Shown here: piece by piece, positions 40,327 to 49,033 of the stretch
Layout: every line of letters starts with the position of its first letter
Position numbering within the stretch: position 1 is the first letter of the stretch
The notes under the pieces: generated by a model
Database searches by the model: none
What the model saw: the letters and a program-made list of their open reading frames with translations, nothing else
Told to the model about the DNA's origin: nothing
Assembly: GCA_965237525.1 (NCBI GenBank)
Contig: CBDEFO010000007.1
Location: forward strand, 416,001 to 480,000
Direction of reading: 5' to 3'
Length of the DNA: 64,000 bases
Origin: Candidatus Latescibacterota bacterium
GTDB lineage: Bacteria; Latescibacterota; CBDEFO01
Translations under genes and position numbers: made by a program

Positions 40327-41139
40327 ATGTCAGGCAAACGTGTGCTCGTGACGGGTTCGGGCACCGGAATTGGCAGGGGCGTCGCACTGGAGTTTGCGAA
40401 GGAAGGAGCTTCCGTCGTTCTCCATTATGCTCACAGCGAGACAGGAGCCCGTACGGCAGTAGATGAAATCAAGCGCGACGGCGGGAAGGCAGAGGCATTC
40501 AAGGCGGATTTCTGTGACATCCATCAGGTTCGGGGATTGGTCTCAACGGCGATGGATTTTCTAGGCGGGATCGATGTCATTGTGAACAACGCCGGCATCA
40601 CGATGAACAGGCCATTCCTGAAGGTGACGCCCGAGCAATTCGACACGCTCTACAACGTAAACATACGTGCTATGTTCTTTGCGACCCAGTCGGCCGTGCC
40701 TGCTATGATCGAACAGGGTCAGGGTGTGGTGATCAACCTGAGTTCGGTGCATGCGTTCACTGGCATGAGCGAGCATACGGTTTACGCCGGCACCAAAGCG
40801 GCAATCGTGGCTTTCACACGTGTTCTGGCGTTGGAACTGGCGCCCAAGGGCATTCGCGTTAACGCGATTGCACCGGGTTGGATTCTCGTGGAAAACCATC
40901 TAAAAGTACTGAAGGACTTGGACCCGGAAGCTGCCGGTCGCACGATTCCCGCGGGTATCATTGGAGACCCCTGGGACATTGGACGGTTGGCTGTCTTTAT
41001 GGCGTCTGAGGATGCGCGGTATATCATTGGCCAGACGTTCATCTCCGACGGGGGCCAGAATGGGATCATGCCGCTGACCGGGGATTTCCGTGAGCCGCGG
41101 CAGGAACAATGGGGGCAAGGTTACGTGCCTGGCCTGTGA
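40327..41139 (+). CDS. Short-chain dehydrogenase/reductase (classical SDR)
   Basis: TGSGTGIG, NNAG, YAGTK, IRVNAIAPG. Confidence 0.92.
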   Translation: MSGKRVLVTGSGTGIGRGVALEFAKEGASVVLHYAHSETGARTAVDEIKRDGGKAEAFKADFCDIHQVRGLVSTAMDFLGGIDVIVNNAGITMNRPFLKVTPEQFDTLYNVNIRAMFFATQSAVPAMIEQGQGVVINLSSVHAFTGMSEHTVYAGTKAAIVAFTRVLALELAPKGIRVNAIAPGWILVENHLKVLKDLDPEAAGRTIPAGIIGDPWDIGRLAVFMASEDARYIIGQTFISDGGQNGIMPLTGDFREPRQEQWGQGYVPGL

Positions 41140-41404
41140 CTGGAGCGGTAAGTGGACAATTCGTCCAGCCTGACTGAATCTATACACAACAGGACAATCT
41201 CGACTGCCTTGAACCGTTGACGCTCATCGCAAAGGAGTGGCGCTTCAGTTTCAACGCTGGGTATGATACTCTCCATTTGACGGTGATGGTTGTCACGCTT
41301 AATCGCACGCGGATCGGCGGCGAGTGCTGGCTCCAATTGAGCACCGCGGGGCGTACAGATCAAGACGAAGTCGAGATCATCGCGCAGAAGTGGAACTCGA
41401 GGCG

Positions 41405-41650
41405 GCCTGCACGGGGGCAAGACGGACAGCAAAGCAGATTGCGCGGACACTGGCCAGTAAGGCGGCCCAGGCGAGGCATTTGTCGTCCCCGGATGGGGTC
41501 ATCGTTCTGCTGTGTCAGCGTTGGCTGATCTCATACAGTCTGGGCGGGTGTGAGCTGTTCCGGATGCTGGCGTTTGGAGCCAGGACGCTGTGATAGCGGA
41601 CTAGCTTGAGGCTTCGTGGCCGTAACAGAACGGCGAGCTTTTCTATGAAT
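41405..41650 (-). mobile_element. IS91-family (Y2) transposase C-terminal remnant
   Basis: Minus strand reads FIEKLAVLLRPRSLKLVRYHSVLAPNASIR and later LAWAALLASV, matching the IS91/ISCR RYHGVLAPNA and WAALL motifs. Confidence 0.7.
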
Positions 41651-41714
41651 ATACCTTGTGTGTCGTTATCTCCCGATGCTTCTGTCGAGTCGCCCCAAAA
41701 TTGTGAAGGTCCTA

Positions 41715-41850
41715 AGAAGATATCGAAAGATAATCTCCAACGGTATCTTGCCGGTGACGCTTCATTGAATGTGTGTGCTCTAAAGTGCGGTTCTAAATGG
41801 TATGATCGAATTCACAGAAAGTGTTGAAATTATGGAAATGGATTCTCCCG
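41715..41850 (+). repeat. Direct repeat of 42750-42880 (3' tail of dehydrogenase + spacer)
   Basis: AAAGATAATCTCCRACGGTATCTTGCCGGTGA...TTGAATGTGTGTG..CTAAAG...CAGAAAGTGTTGAAA occurs both before and at the end of the gene. Confidence 0.85.
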
Positions 41851-41873
41851 GTATTGGTGATGAGGATTGGCTT

Positions 41874-42830
41874 ATGAAGATCGTATTGGCTTTTGATTTA
41901 GGTGAGGAATTCGTCCGAGATTTACGGGCAACTTTCCCGGATGTCGATTTCCGACCCGCCTACAACCTTGAGGATGAGGTGAAAGAGGTAGTTGACGCTG
42001 AAGTCCAGTTTGGATTGATCAGCCAAGGCGCCTTCCAGGAAGCAAATTGCCTGCGCTGGTTCCATTATATTGGTATGGGTTTTGACAATATTTTGAAAGA
42101 AGTACCGGAAATCGTTGAAAGCGATATCCTTTTTACGAACACATTAGGAACTCACGTCATCCCTATGGCGGACCATACCTTTGCTATGATCCTGGCGTTT
42201 GCGCATCACATTCCCGAATTAATAGCCGACCAAAAAGCTCATCGTTGGGACACACAAAATTACATGGATGTGATGATAGAATTGGCAGGTACTACTATGG
42301 GGGTAGTTGCGTTGGGCGATGTGGGCAAGGCCATTGCTCAGCGAGCGCGTGGCTTCGATATGGACGTTTACGCTGTCGATATTCACCCAATGTCACCCCC
42401 GCTGGGTGTCCGGGAAGTGTGGGGTATGGAACGCTTGGACGAGCTCCTGTCTCTATCCGACTGGTTGGTTGTTACTGCTCCCTATACTGCTGAGAGCCGT
42501 AATATGATTGACCGCCGGTGTATCGAGCGCATCAAGCCGGGCGCCCATATCATCGTGATATCAAGAGGGGGGATCGTAGACGAAGAGGCGTTGGTCGATG
42601 CCCTTCGATCGGGACACATCGCAGGAGCTGGATTGGACGTTTTGGCCCAGGAGCCCCCGCCTTCTGATAGTCCCTTATGGGATGTGCCCAATGTTCTTCT
42701 ATCTCCCCATGTATCCGCACACTCTCCGCAGCTCTGGGTGCGTCGTGGGCAGATATTCAAAGATAATCTCCGACGGTATCTTGCCGGTGAACCTTTATTG
42801 AATGTGTGTGATCTAAAGGCCGGTTTTTAA
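41874..42830 (+). CDS. D-isomer-specific 2-hydroxyacid dehydrogenase
   Basis: ALGDVG, ISRGGIVDE, AGLDVLAQEP, SPHVSA. Confidence 0.92.
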   Translation: MKIVLAFDLGEEFVRDLRATFPDVDFRPAYNLEDEVKEVVDAEVQFGLISQGAFQEANCLRWFHYIGMGFDNILKEVPEIVESDILFTNTLGTHVIPMADHTFAMILAFAHHIPELIADQKAHRWDTQNYMDVMIELAGTTMGVVALGDVGKAIAQRARGFDMDVYAVDIHPMSPPLGVREVWGMERLDELLSLSDWLVVTAPYTAESRNMIDRRCIERIKPGAHIIVISRGGIVDEEALVDALRSGHIAGAGLDVLAQEPPPSDSPLWDVPNVLLSPHVSAHSPQLWVRRGQIFKDNLRRYLAGEPLLNVCDLKAGF

Positions 42831-43073
42831 TGGATATCAAAGTGTCAGAAAGTGTTGAAACCGTGGAAATAGGTTCTTCCGCTGGAACACGTATCATCTC
42901 CTTCTACGGCGACGATCTAGCCCGAACCGTTGCTGACTTGGAGGCGAAGCGTAGAGTTCGCAGACAAGATCACGGATGCTGGTTTCTGCCTCATCACTCA
43001 ATGTCGGATGCCAGGCGGAATCGTAGCCGAGCTCTATAAGCCGCGCTACAAACCGGAGTATTAGTAGGTCACG

Positions 43074-43137
43074 GCCTAACAGCGGGATGCAGCTGACGGA
43101 GCGCTTGGCGGTTCCGCGAATGCTCGAAACGTTAGAG
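43074..43137 (+). other. attC site (possibly hybrid)
   Basis: GCCTAAC-AGCGGGATGCAGCTGAC...GTTAGAG; left half nearly matches 47186-47216. Confidence 0.6.
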
Positions 43138-43221
43138 GCGATTAATTAACCGACCATTGTTTCTATTTACTTCGGATGTGTAACAGGTAGTACATAAACT
43201 AAGCTTAAAGGAAGCACACAC

Positions 43222-44268
43222 ATGAAAAGTGTTGTCTCAAGTATCATCGTTTGGAGTATAGTCAGCGCTTTATACTTACTGGTTCGATTTGTGGGTTCCG
43301 AATTCAGACCTGACTGGGCATCTACGAATAAAGCCCTCGTTTCGATGTGGATATTTGCAAGTGTATTCCTGGGTATATCATACTGGTTCAGCTTGGGTCT
43401 ATCTGAAAGACCCAGTGTTCGCAGAAGCTCCTATTTTTACATAATTGTGTATAGAGTCATTATCGTTTTGTTATCGATGGTAATATTAGTTTTCGCTTCA
43501 AGAATGCTGGTAATAATTCAAGACCAAAGTTCCTGGTCACAATTGTTGCCTTCGTTTGCAAGAAGAGTTGCTAAGCCACCTGCCATCGTAGCATTAGCCT
43601 ACTTAGTCACAGCTACTGCTGTACTATCGTTTTTTGACCAGATGGGAAACATGGTGGGGAAACGGGTACTGATAAATCTTATGATGGGTAAGTATCACTT
43701 CCCAAGAGAAGAAAAGCGCATATTTATGTTTTTGGATCTGAAATCCTCAACTACACATGCCGAACGACTCGGACATATCCAGTTTTCCAAACTGATACAG
43801 GACTGTTTCAGTGACCTCACAAACGCCGTAAGAAAGCATGATGTCGAGATATACCAATATGTGGGAGATGAAGTGATACTTACTTGGACAATTGAGGATG
43901 GCATTAGAAATAAAAACTGTATAATGGTATTCTTTGAGTTTCAGAGGGAATTGAAGTCAAAATCAACCTATTACAATGAAAATTACGGAATCGTCCCCGA
44001 ATTTAAGGCCGGCATAAATACAGGTCCAGTTACTGCAGCGGAGGTAGGGGATGTAAAAAGAGATATCGCTTATCTGAGCGATGTTTTGAATACGGCTGCC
44101 AGAATTCAGGGAGAATGCAATAAATACAACGAACCCCTTTTGGTCTCTGCTTACGTGAAAGAGCAACTCCTACAGGATGCAGAGCTTGATTTTGTTCTTC
44201 ACGGAGCCGTGGAGTTACGCGGAAGGATGGAAAAGGTAGAAATATACGGCGTAAATCTGGGGTCCTGA
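43222..44268 (+). CDS. Membrane-anchored class III adenylate/guanylate cyclase, probable gene cassette
   Basis: Four hydrophobic helices then FMFLDLKSST, YQYVGDE, GINTG, DVLNTAARIQ; low GC; follows a GTTAGAG core. Confidence 0.9.
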   Translation: MKSVVSSIIVWSIVSALYLLVRFVGSEFRPDWASTNKALVSMWIFASVFLGISYWFSLGLSERPSVRRSSYFYIIVYRVIIVLLSMVILVFASRMLVIIQDQSSWSQLLPSFARRVAKPPAIVALAYLVTATAVLSFFDQMGNMVGKRVLINLMMGKYHFPREEKRIFMFLDLKSSTTHAERLGHIQFSKLIQDCFSDLTNAVRKHDVEIYQYVGDEVILTWTIEDGIRNKNCIMVFFEFQRELKSKSTYYNENYGIVPEFKAGINTGPVTAAEVGDVKRDIAYLSDVLNTAARIQGECNKYNEPLLVSAYVKEQLLQDAELDFVLHGAVELRGRMEKVEIYGVNLGS

Positions 44269-44354
44269 GATGTCGTCCATAGTTTTCCATTACTCGACTA
44301 TTCGATGAACTTCAGGACAGCGTGTAACGTCAAGTTAGCGCCGCGCAAGGCGGC

Positions 44355-44450
44355 TTGGGAGATGGTTATGATATTCGCACAGTTCAGGAATTACTCGTCC
44401 ATAAGGATGTCAAAACGACAATGATTTATACTCACGTTCTAAGCCGTTGA
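44355..44450 (+). pseudogene. intI: Integron integrase C-terminal remnant
   Basis: [31 protein letters not shown], the typical IntI box II with catalytic Tyr; upstream part missing. Confidence 0.9.
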
Positions 44451-44589
44451 ATTGGGGTTTTATACAGTCTGTATATAATTCCTACAAGACTTATGCTAAT
44501 TATGACTCAACAGAATGATATTTTTAATATTGCAGGTTTCTTCTTAATATTTCAGTGGGGTCTTATATAGCTCACATAGCTGTATATAG

Positions 44590-44629
44590 GTTCTTAGCGT
44601 AGAAAACTGTACAAGCCCTAGTTAGGCGC
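44590..44629 (+). other. Putative attI recombination site
   Basis: GTTAGGCGC at 44621 ends an AT-rich tract after intI; exact reverse complement of GCGCCTAAC at 45145. Confidence 0.65.
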
Positions 44630-44646
44630 AAACAAGAACGAAGGAG

Positions 44647-45144
44647 ATGATATTGGATCAGATTATTTTAGATAGAATCCTGCCATTTAATTTAGCACTG
44701 AGTACGATCATATTTTACTGGGCAGCAATGATATATTTGATGCCAAAGTTAAAAGAAATATCTGCTGCAGCTATATTTGTTCCAATATTGATATTGCATT
44801 CGCTGAGACATCTTGGTCTTATGTTTATGACATCTGGTGCGGTGTATGAAGGCATGCCCCCACAATTTGCGTACCCTTCTGGGATTGGTGACTTTATATC
44901 AGCATTACTGGCGCTGTTTGCGTTATATGCAATTAGGCAAGATAAGCTGTTTAAGATAACAGCTATGTGGGTGTTTAATGTGGTTGGCACAATTGACCTT
45001 ACATACGCCATTTCTATGGGAGCACTACACAACATTGGGCCATATATGGGTGCTTCATACTGGATACCATCATTTTGGGTTCCTGCCCTTCTAGTCACCC
45101 ATTATATTGTGTTTAAGAAACTGTTATTGGATAAGTCAGTATAA
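44647..45144 (+). CDS. Integral membrane protein, gene cassette
   Basis: 165 aa with about five TM helices; AAGGAG RBS; bounded by attI and attC; low GC. Confidence 0.85.
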   Translation: MILDQIILDRILPFNLALSTIIFYWAAMIYLMPKLKEISAAAIFVPILILHSLRHLGLMFMTSGAVYEGMPPQFAYPSGIGDFISALLALFALYAIRQDKLFKITAMWVFNVVGTIDLTYAISMGALHNIGPYMGASYWIPSFWVPALLVTHYIVFKKLLLDKSV

Positions 45145-45219
45145 GCGCCTAACAAGACGCTGCACCTGAGCGCTATTCCGCTACGCTCCATAGCGGCAGG
45201 TGAGCTTGGACGTTAGGGC
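45145..45219 (+). other. Complete attC site
   Basis: GCCTAAC...GCTGCACCTGAGCGCTAT-loop-ATAGCGGCAGGTGAGC...GTTAGGG with R'', L'', L' and R' boxes. Confidence 0.9.
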
Positions 45220-45241
45220 GCGCACCAGCACGAATAACTTT

Positions 45242-45715
45242 ATGAACGTGGAAGCATCATCAGGGCTTGGAATCCGTATTCCGCCGCCACTAATCTACCT
45301 GGCGGCGCTCGCTATAGGATCCGTGCTCAATTACCTATGGCCTACGTCGCCTTTATCAGGCTCCTTGAGATACGTTATCGGGTCGGTTGTTATTTCCGTT
45401 AATTTGCTAATAATGCCGTCCGTCCTCAGGCGCTTTCGTCGAGCGGGTACACCGTTCTTCAACCTACGGAAGCCGGCCTCGGCTTTGATTAGGGAGGGAC
45501 TCTATCGGTTCTCGCGTAATCCTTCCTATGTATCGTTGACGCTTTTGTACTTGGGTATTGGAATCCTCCTTAACAATGGCTGGATCTTAATCTTGGTGGC
45601 ACCAGTGTTCCTTGTGATAGATCTGTGGGTGGTGCGTAGAGAGGAACGTCACCTGGAGGCCAAATTTGGTGAGGAATTTTTGCGTTACAAGGCTGCTGTC
45701 CGTCGGTGGCTATGA
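45242..45715 (+). CDS. Isoprenylcysteine carboxylmethyltransferase (ICMT/PEMT) family membrane protein, gene cassette
   Basis: IPPPLIYL, GLYRFSRNPSY, REERHLEAKFGEEF..Y...VRRWL. Confidence 0.9.
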   Translation: MNVEASSGLGIRIPPPLIYLAALAIGSVLNYLWPTSPLSGSLRYVIGSVVISVNLLIMPSVLRRFRRAGTPFFNLRKPASALIREGLYRFSRNPSYVSLTLLYLGIGILLNNGWILILVAPVFLVIDLWVVRREERHLEAKFGEEFLRYKAAVRRWL

Positions 45716-45724
45716 ACACGCGTG

Positions 45725-45755
45725 GCCCTAACACTCGCTGCAGCCGACCGTTGGG
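45725..45755 (+). other. attC left half (truncated)
   Basis: GCCCTAACACTCGCTGCAGCCGAC; GCCCTAAC complements GTTAGGGC at 45212. Confidence 0.7.
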
Positions 45756-45789
45756 CGGGCTTTCTGTTCATCTCCGGAGTTGGACTGAA

Positions 45790-46010
45790 GATAGGGCGTA
45801 TTCAATTTATACCTTGGCCCAGAAACCAGAGTTTCGCCACCAGATCGACCGACTGAGCGACGAAGCCTGGCCTCCCTTTCTGCTGCATGGCAATATCTAC
45901 CACTGGCATCTGTTGTTCGAAATGTTCCCGGATTATCAACTCTTGCTTTGCGATTCAGCGGATACCTTGATTGCCGTGGGCCAAGCGGTTCCCTTCATCT
46001 GGGATGGGAG
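45790..46010 (+). pseudogene. N-terminal fragment of a GNAT-like protein
   Basis: YTLAQKPE...AWPPFLLH...FPDYQLLL...IAVGQAVPFIWDG, then abrupt change. Confidence 0.5.
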
Positions 46011-46059
46011 TTTCATACCGCTCCCTCACTTAGAAAAGAGCCATTGGACTCGAAGATAC

Positions 46060-46380
46060 AAGGGAGCTTGTTTTTGACGTAATTAGAAAAGCTTGTGATT
46101 CGTTCGAGTATCCATTTGAGATAGTTCGAGCCGAGCAACAGATTAGGGCTATCGATCTGTCCAGCAACATTCAGGAAAGTATTAAATCTTCGGATATGGT
46201 TCTAGCAGAACTCTCGGAGAGAAATCAAAATGTCTATTTTGAAGCGGGACTGGCAATGGCACTTAATAAGCCGCAAATATTAATTACCCAGTCGCCAGAT
46301 ATTATTCCATCAAATCTATCAAGGCTATTATATATACAATATACACTAAATAAGGAAGGTCTCGAATATTCGGTAGATAG
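46060..46380 (+). pseudogene. Fragment of a nucleoside 2-deoxyribosyltransferase-like domain
   Basis: IQESIKSSDMVLAELSERNQNVYFEAGLAMALNKPQILI. Confidence 0.55.
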
Positions 46381-46400
46381 GCTGAGCTTAGCCGTTAGCC
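46381..46400 (+). other. attC right half
   Basis: GCTGAGCTTAGCCGTTAGCC, 10 bp before the ATG at 46411. Confidence 0.7.
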
Positions 46401-46410
46401 AGAGAAGACC

Positions 46411-47166
46411 ATGAAGAAATGCGTAATAGTAACCGGTGGTGCAAGTGGAATCGGGAGGTCAGTAGCTGAAGCCTTGAGTCAAGAAGGGCATAACGTCGTC
46501 GTTGCTGACAGGACGGAGGAGGAGGGTCTTTCGGTAACCGAAAAGGTCGGTGGTTATTTTGTCAACGTTGATCTGACTGAACGCGAATCGTGCCGACACT
46601 TGGTCGATGCAACGGTTAGCGAATACGGAAGAGTCGACATCCTGGTAAACAATGCGGGGTTTCAGCATGTCTCTCCGCTTGAGGATTTTCCAGAAGAAAA
46701 ATGGGATCAAATGTTGAGAGTGATGCTGACAGCGCCCTTTCTGCTGACCAAATATGTGTGGCCCCACATGAAAACTCAAGAATGGGGTCGTGTTGTGAAC
46801 ATCGCCTCAATATATGGACTGGTTGCTTCCCAGAACAAGGTTGGATATATATCAGTCAAACATGGTCTAATAGGATTGACCCGTACGGCCGCCCTTGAAG
46901 GTGGGGCTCATGGGATAACCGTAAATGCCCTTTGTCCAGCCTATGTACGGACTCCCTTAGTTGAAAACCAAATCGCCGATCAGGCCAAAATACACCAGAT
47001 TCGTGAAGAAGAGGTAGTGGCGAACATCATGCTCAAATCAGCTGCCATAAAGAAATTAATAGAACCAAAGGAAGTTGCCGACCTTGTGCTCTATCTTTGT
47101 TCTGAAAAAGGCGTATCAATAACTGGAGCATGTTGGACGATTGATTGTGGCTGGACAGTCCAATAA
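46411..47166 (+). CDS. bdhA: 3-hydroxybutyrate dehydrogenase (SDR)
   Basis: NNAGFQHVSPLEDFPEEKW, GLVASQNKVGYISVKHGLIGLT, CPAYVRTPLVENQIADQA, DCGWTVQ. Confidence 0.88.
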   Translation: MKKCVIVTGGASGIGRSVAEALSQEGHNVVVADRTEEEGLSVTEKVGGYFVNVDLTERESCRHLVDATVSEYGRVDILVNNAGFQHVSPLEDFPEEKWDQMLRVMLTAPFLLTKYVWPHMKTQEWGRVVNIASIYGLVASQNKVGYISVKHGLIGLTRTAALEGGAHGITVNALCPAYVRTPLVENQIADQAKIHQIREEEVVANIMLKSAAIKKLIEPKEVADLVLYLCSEKGVSITGACWTIDCGWTVQ

Positions 47167-47185
47167 CAGAGTACCGTCAACAAGC

Positions 47186-47216
47186 GTCCTAACAACGGGA
47201 TGCACCTGACTGAGCG
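47186..47216 (+). other. attC left half (truncated)
   Basis: GTCCTAACAACGGGATGCACCTGACTGAGCG, ~20 bp after the bdhA stop. Confidence 0.65.
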
Positions 47217-47323
47217 ATGAGGGACAATTATATTCCCCCTCTGCGAGGCCGGGATGTCCCACATGCGCCTGCCAGGACACTGCTCACAACAGGTGAGTGG
47301 TACTCACCGCGAAGGGATATCGT

Positions 47324-48295
47324 ATGGAATATCGCGTGCTCGGCAATACAGGACTAAAAGTGTCGAGGATTGGTCTCGGCACAGCCGGTCTGGGTAGTGC
47401 GGAGCTGCCAGATGCCCACGTGGAAAAGGTGCTCAATGAGGCCTTGGCCCTGGGCATCAACTTCCTTGACACTGCTGCACTCTATGGTCTGAGTGAACAG
47501 CGCATTGGCAGGTTGCTGACTCAGCGAAAGGATGAATTCACCATCGCTACCAAGTGCGGCAGCTATTGGGTGGAAAGTGACGGCAGACGAGAGATCGCCG
47601 AAGACTATACGCGCGAAGGTATCCTCCGGACTGTGGACCAAAGCAGGCAGAAGCTGCGTGTGGATATGATCGATCTGGTGCAGTTCCACGGCCTTCCCCC
47701 CGTGGGACAGGTGGAGCAAGCCTTCGAGGTTCTTCTGGGCCTTAGGGAGAGGGGCTGGGCCCGCTTCGTCGGGGTTTCGGCTGATGGGCCTGCGGCCGGG
47801 GCCTTTGTCGGGAAGCCAACCGGTGAGCTAGATGCCGCTGAACTCGTTCGGCAGTGGCCGGTGGACACCTGGCAGTTCACCTACAACTTTCTGTCTCAGG
47901 AAGCGGTCACTGAGCTGATTCCGGCGCTTCAGGAAAGCGGAGTTGGCACCATCGTAAAGCGGCCAATCTCAAATGTAGTGTGGGACCTGAAGGAAGAACC
48001 CGAGGACGACTTCTATCGGAAGCCGTGGCAGCGGGCTCGCCAGTTGCCTCTGGAAGAACTCGCAGGAGACTTATCCATGGTGGAATTTGCGTTGCACTTC
48101 ACACTCTCACACGCTGATGTAGATACAGCTCTTCTCGGCTCGACGAACTCTCAACATGTGGCGGAGGCCGTGCGGTTCTCGAAAAGGGGGCCGCTGCCGG
48201 ATGAAACGCTCGAGAGAGCCAGAGGCCTCTTTGATGGTGTCCGATGGGTAGCGAGACGGTCAAGGCCGGTCTCCGGATGCCAGGCCGCTTTTTAG
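47324..48295 (+). CDS. Aldo/keto reductase
   Basis: MEYRVLGNTGLKVSRIGLG, FLDTAALYG.SE, IATKCG, IDLVQFH. Confidence 0.92.
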   Translation: MEYRVLGNTGLKVSRIGLGTAGLGSAELPDAHVEKVLNEALALGINFLDTAALYGLSEQRIGRLLTQRKDEFTIATKCGSYWVESDGRREIAEDYTREGILRTVDQSRQKLRVDMIDLVQFHGLPPVGQVEQAFEVLLGLRERGWARFVGVSADGPAAGAFVGKPTGELDAAELVRQWPVDTWQFTYNFLSQEAVTELIPALQESGVGTIVKRPISNVVWDLKEEPEDDFYRKPWQRARQLPLEELAGDLSMVEFALHFTLSHADVDTALLGSTNSQHVAEAVRFSKRGPLPDETLERARGLFDGVRWVARRSRPVSGCQAAF

Positions 48296-48299
48296 TAGA

Positions 48300-48420
48300 C
48301 TGGTCCCCGAATGAATCTATCGGGGACAGGGGCACCGCGTCCCATCCCAGCTTGGGTCATTGCGAGTCACAGATTGAACCCCCAATAAATTCAATTGGTG
48401 GTTGGGGGCAGGTAGAGCCA
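48300..48420 (+). repeat. Intergenic palindromes (REP-like)
   Basis: GTCCCCGA-N9-TCGGGGAC and CCCCCAA...TTGGGGG hairpins, with a GTCATTGCGAG motif. Confidence 0.45.
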
Positions 48421-49033
48421 CTACTCAAAGGGGGCATATTTGCATCTCTTGAAGTAGCTCAAGACACTGCTTCTGGGTAGGAGGAACTGTTTCCCCGGTT
48501 TGTGGCTGCGACCAATCCAGACTCTATAAACATTGTGCACGTGCCTTTCCAAGCACCTTAAGAACTGGGCTTCCTCTTTGACTGTAACGAGGTCTTAAAC
48601 ATTCATTTTTTCCTCCCTTGAGAAAACGTTCCCTGGCTATTACGTTTTTTTGTCCAGGGAGACTGAAGAGATTGAAGGGTTTTCTATGAACTTTTCCAGA
48701 AAAAAGAAAAAATGTTTTTGAAAAAGTTACTGTCTAAGGGTTCAAACCCTTCAGTCCTTCACTATTCTCTCTATGTTTTTGAAGCCGGAAACCACGATAG
48801 TAAACGCTACCGCCGTTCCTCTATCCCAGCCCGCGAAGCCCGGCTCATCAGGTGGATATTGGAATAAAGGGCCCACATCTGGAGAAGCCAATTGGCCGGT
48901 CGCGGCAGGCTGACAACTCGGATCTTAACTCGCTGGAAGGAGATGGAACATGAGAAAACGCAGCATAGTTGCCTATACGGTCCTAGCCGTCGCATTAACA
49001 GCTCTTGATGTCAATGGAGAGGGGTAAGCTAAC

